Of a stretch of DNA of 64,000 nucleotides, positions 60,483 through 64,000 are shown piece by piece. Position 1 is the first letter of the stretch; each line of letters begins with the position of its first letter. Under the pieces are notes generated by a model. It saw nothing but the letters and a program-made list of their open reading frames with translations. It was not told the origin of the DNA and ran no database searches. Origin of the DNA: Bdellovibrionales bacterium. GTDB lineage: Bacteria > Bdellovibrionota > Bdellovibrionia > Bdellovibrionales > JAGQZY01. The translations under genes were made by a program, and so were the position numbers. The stretch spans positions 448,001-512,000 of the forward strand of contig CAXRHT010000001.1 in the NCBI GenBank assembly GCA_964230645.1. Reading direction: 5' to 3'.

Positions 60483-61823
60483 TTACAGGTCAGTGAAATG
60501 TCCCATAAGATCAGGCCTTGGTCTCAAGGTTACGGCTGCTTGGGAGCCAATATTCTGGGAGTTACTAATCTCAAACTTATAGTGCTTAAGAAAATGAGCG
60601 AGAATTATTTTAGCTTCGATGTAGGCAAAGCCCTCGCCGATACACTGTCTTGGACCACCGCTAAAGGGAAAATAGGAAAAGGGAGTGTAGTTCTTTTTGA
60701 AATCTGGATCTAAAAAGCGGGAGGGATCAAACCTCTCGGCATCGGGCCAGTACCTTTCATTGCGCTGAACCAGGTATTGAAAGGCTGGAACGATAGCCCC
60801 CTTTGGAATATAATGCCCATCTATCTCATCTTCCTCTCTTGCCACTCGAACAAGGCTCGGTACCGGTGGATGGAGCCTGAGAGATTCCTTGATCACCGCC
60901 TCCAAATAGGTCAGCCCCTGTAAACTTTCTGAGGTGATGTTATTTTCATCAAAATCCTTAACTTCTTCTCGAATACTGTTTTGAGCTTCGGGGTTTTGAT
61001 CAAGGAGGTAGAGCGTCCAGTTGAGTAAATTGGAAGTGGTTTCATGCCCGGCTGCAAGAAAAGTAAATATCTGATGTTGTAGCTCTCTAGGGGTGACTTT
61101 GATCTTCTCAGCTTTTGCACTTTTAAGAATATTGGTGATGATATTGTTTACGGAAAGCTCCTGCTTTTCGCCTGACTCCGCCAGACGCTCGGAAATTTTA
61201 TTAAGAGCTTTTCTTAATTTTTTAGCTCTTAAATTTTTAGGGGTGGGTATCCACTCGGCATTACGGGTAGGATCTTGAAGTTTAAGAGCAGCAAGATCAG
61301 AATACTCCGGTAAGTACTCGTTGATGATAGCCATTTCGTCTTGGCTAAGATCCTCTCCAAGAAAGCAACTCGCAGCCACTTGCATAGAAAGCCAGTTCAT
61401 GACCGCCGAAATATTCACTTGTTTATTTTTATTCTGTTCGCCAAAAGCTCTTGCTAGCGTGATCACCTTCGGGATCATTGTTTCCACATTTTTAGGATGG
61501 AAGGTGGAGGCCACCGTTTTACGTTGCTCTCGCCATTTCTGCCCCTGGGTAAGAACTAAGCCCTCCCCCATAATATCCCCCAATAACCAGCGCGGAATAT
61601 CTTTGGAATAATTATCAATATTGTCTTTTAAGATTCTCTGAGCTGAGGAAGCCGTGGAAAACACAAACCACTCTTTACCCTGAAATTTATAGTAAAAGAC
61701 ATCACCGTACTGTTTCCTTGTGGCATCAAAGCCTTCAATGAAGTTGGTTCTCACTGACAATAGGAACTTCACGGATTCCAGCCCCTTTGGTCCAGGAGGT
61801 CTTTTCTTTGGGTCAGCCTTCAT
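60483..61823 (-). CDS. Cytochrome P450
   Basis: PPGP N-terminus, AAGHETT, KESLR (ExxR), FDPSRF, heme motif FSGGPRQCIG. Confidence 0.95.
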   Translation of the reverse strand: MKADPKKRPPGPKGLESVKFLLSVRTNFIEGFDATRKQYGDVFYYKFQGKEWFVFSTASSAQRILKDNIDNYSKDIPRWLLGDIMGEGLVLTQGQKWREQRKTVASTFHPKNVETMIPKVITLARAFGEQNKNKQVNISAVMNWLSMQVAASCFLGEDLSQDEMAIINEYLPEYSDLAALKLQDPTRNAEWIPTPKNLRAKKLRKALNKISERLAESGEKQELSVNNIITNILKSAKAEKIKVTPRELQHQIFTFLAAGHETTSNLLNWTLYLLDQNPEAQNSIREEVKDFDENNITSESLQGLTYLEAVIKESLRLHPPVPSLVRVAREEDEIDGHYIPKGAIVPAFQYLVQRNERYWPDAERFDPSRFLDPDFKKNYTPFSYFPFSGGPRQCIGEGFAYIEAKIILAHFLKHYKFEISNSQNIGSQAAVTLRPRPDLMGHFTDL

Positions 61824-62032
61824 GCTCAGATATCCTTTTCTATCAAGGGAATTGCCGTATTATAGAAAGCTCGCCAATTGAAAGTCGACCCCCTAGGCCA
61901 GCGCCCTGCATCATGTAAGGAAATGAAAAAGAATTAGGGATTTTATCCTTGCTCTCCGAAAGTGAGCCCTTATCATTTTTATAAACATCATTGCACATTC
62001 TTAATTGATTCAGCAAAAGCGCGGGAGAATTT

Positions 62033-63499
62033 ATGAGAACCAATCTTATTCGTATCGGTTTAATCACTTTAATAGCTCTTCTTTTTTCAGGTTGCGATCT
62101 GTTTAAAAAAGAAAAGGCTTCGATGACGGTCAGTCACTCAGAAAAAAGAACGACGGCCAATAACCGAGTGCCCTCTCCCGATGAACTTAGAAATCAAGCC
62201 GGCTTTGCTACTTTTAGAGACCAGTTCACAGCTATAAGTGAGGTAGATCAACTCGATAGTTTCCTAGGCTCTCTTCAAACCAAAGAATATGATCGATCTA
62301 TGCTGGATCAAGAATCATTAACTCTTATTCTTGCTCGTGAAACCATAAGACTATCGCGCGTAACCAAAGGTCTTTTTTATCGAATGAGAAATGTGGTGGC
62401 TGAGCACAATATATCACGGGCGGCCGTAGTTTCTACCCTGAGAATGTCAGTGGCTGGCATTGATACCTTTCTCCCCAACAGTCAGTGGCAGGCGGGCTTT
62501 GATTATGTCACTCAACCTTTTTATAAAAGGGCCCAAAATGAAGAGTTTGATATTGATAATGATGAGGAGTTTAAAACTTATCTTGTTAATGAGGTGGCTC
62601 CAATGCTTGAAAACTACCTCAATGTTCTCAATTTTCTGCTAGAAAATGTGGAGACCAATAAACTCTACTGGGATAATATTTTCCTCAATCGTAATTTTAC
62701 CAATGTGAATCCTGATCGCTACACAGAACTGGGCCGAGTAGAATTGAAATTGATGAAGGCCTCTACCCTTTTAGGTCTTGCTTCGATTCAATCCACAAAA
62801 GCTTACAGTCTTAATGGTCTCTTTGAAATGGTCGATGATGTTTCAAAAAAGTTTGGAATCGGAGTGGTATTTCGTCCTGCCGACGCGATTGCTGAAAAAA
62901 GAAATCGAATCATAAAAAATGCTATCGATAACGGATTTCTCGCGAAAGCTCCTAACCTTTCCGATGCAGAATTTCGCCAAACTCTTGAGACGGCCTATAA
63001 CTTAACTGTGAATGGTGTCAAAGAGGCCGAAGAGGCCTGGGAGATCTTTAGAGATGAAGAGCGTGACTACGATAAATTTTTAAAAGCGCAAGCCGCCATT
63101 CCTTTCACCCGGATCATCAACGCTTCTTTACAAAATATCAAAATTGTCACAGGAAAAGCCGACACTGATACTATCGTGAGTGTGGTGTCTCAAGGCGAGC
63201 AAATCTCATTTAATATAAAGAAATTTTTTATCGATGAACCCATCACCGGTGAAGCAGGCAATAGTTTCAAAGACTTTATGCCCACTGGCTACAATAATGA
63301 GAGTGAATTTCTCACAGTGAATGTGGATGGACAAACTGTGCGCTATCGCAATTTTCGCCAGGGTAATCCCAATCAGTGGAACCAAGATATCTATCAAAAA
63401 TACTTTGGTACTGGCGACACTCGCCTTGTTAGCCGCGTTCTCGCCCAATCTTGGGGAACAGGTGGTCTTGCTCTGCTATTTCTACCTGTAATTATGTGA
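62033..63499 (+). CDS. Hypothetical lipoprotein
   Basis: FSGC lipobox; largely helical; hydrophobic C-terminal tail (GGLALLFLPVIM). Confidence 0.75.
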   Translation: MRTNLIRIGLITLIALLFSGCDLFKKEKASMTVSHSEKRTTANNRVPSPDELRNQAGFATFRDQFTAISEVDQLDSFLGSLQTKEYDRSMLDQESLTLILARETIRLSRVTKGLFYRMRNVVAEHNISRAAVVSTLRMSVAGIDTFLPNSQWQAGFDYVTQPFYKRAQNEEFDIDNDEEFKTYLVNEVAPMLENYLNVLNFLLENVETNKLYWDNIFLNRNFTNVNPDRYTELGRVELKLMKASTLLGLASIQSTKAYSLNGLFEMVDDVSKKFGIGVVFRPADAIAEKRNRIIKNAIDNGFLAKAPNLSDAEFRQTLETAYNLTVNGVKEAEEAWEIFRDEERDYDKFLKAQAAIPFTRIINASLQNIKIVTGKADTDTIVSVVSQGEQISFNIKKFFIDEPITGEAGNSFKDFMPTGYNNESEFLTVNVDGQTVRYRNFRQGNPNQWNQDIYQKYFGTGDTRLVSRVLAQSWGTGGLALLFLPVIM

Positions 63500-63551
63500 T
63501 TGTTCGAAAAGCCAGCTTGTGTTTCAAGCTGGCATCCCTTAAAGGAGTACC

Positions 63552-64000
63552 ATGACTCGGTTCAAAGATGTTTATATTTGCGGCACAGGAAGTTTTTTAC
63601 CCAATAAGCCTGTTAGTAACGACGAGATTGCCGACTACATCCAACCCATTAATAAAATTTCCTCACGCATTCAAAAAAGAATTCTCAAAGAAAATGGTAT
63701 TACGACTCGTTATTACGGTATCGACAAAGACGGCCAAACCACTCACTCTCTTCAGGAGATGTGCGCTCAGGCCGCCAGGAAGGCACTTGATAACTCGAAA
63801 ATGGGTCTTAACGATATTGAACTGCTTTGTACCGGCACCGTGGGTGGCGACAATGCCATCCCAGGTTTTGCAAATATGCTTCAGGGCTATATGAAGGCTC
63901 CTCCGATGGAAACGAGCACTCACACAGGCATTTGTATGTCGGGTGTGGTCGCCCTTAAACATGCTGCCTACGCCATAGAAACAGGAGATGTAGCAAAGTC
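63552..64000 (+). CDS. 3-oxoacyl-ACP synthase III-like ketosynthase (DarB/StlD-like), partial
   Basis: Manual translation from ATG 63552 (AAGGAG RBS): MTRFKDVYICGTGSFLPNKPVSNDEI...ILKENGITTRYYGIDKDG...IELLCTGT...TGICMSGVVALKHA, with the catalytic Cys. Runs off the window end. Confidence 0.85.
   Translation, partial: MTRFKDVYICGTGSFLPNKPVSNDEIADYIQPINKISSRIQKRILKENGITTRYYGIDKDGQTTHSLQEMCAQAARKALDNSKMGLNDIELLCTGTVGGDNAIPGFANMLQGYMKAPPMETSTHTGICMSGVVALKHAAYAIETGDVAK

Noticed and set aside
63568..63962. ORFs 63568-63894 (+) and 63663-63962 (-)
   Set aside because: Alternative frames of the real ketosynthase ORF starting at 63552

Overview
Chromosomal window from a bacterium that is probably a member of Bdellovibrionota. 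This is an inference from the (F/V)QNC signal-peptide lipoproteins, the carD-recG pair, a PilG/XapA-like gene and several sigma28-like promoters. Housekeeping genes (partial gltX, carD, recG, thiL, dnaJ-dnaK, clpS-clpA, lnt-mutS2, tRNA-His) are interspersed with secreted and envelope proteins: two subtilases, Slt, MltD with 5 LysM domains, an extensin-family peptidase, a porin and orphan lipoproteins. No integrase, transposase, prophage or CRISPR-cas locus was seen. The notable signals are: (1) two near-identical ~118-bp promoter + C-loop small-RNA + terminator cassettes flanking a single XRE regulator, in a window where secreted-protein genes use G-run ribosome-binding sites; (2) a type IV pilin inserted between two large membrane-fused spermidine-synthase-like transferases; (3) a recurring GTCTCA-N3-TGAGAC-like palindrome in accessory promoters; (4) REP-like palindromes with outward-decaying tandem sub-repeats; (5) a cobalamin riboswitch on an acyl-CoA thioesterase; (6) paired Zur-like boxes; (7) a hairpin built from tRNA-His 3'-end copies; (8) a sigma28-linked secreted protein with toxin-like architecture. 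All family assignments come from motif recognition by eye; no database searches were run.
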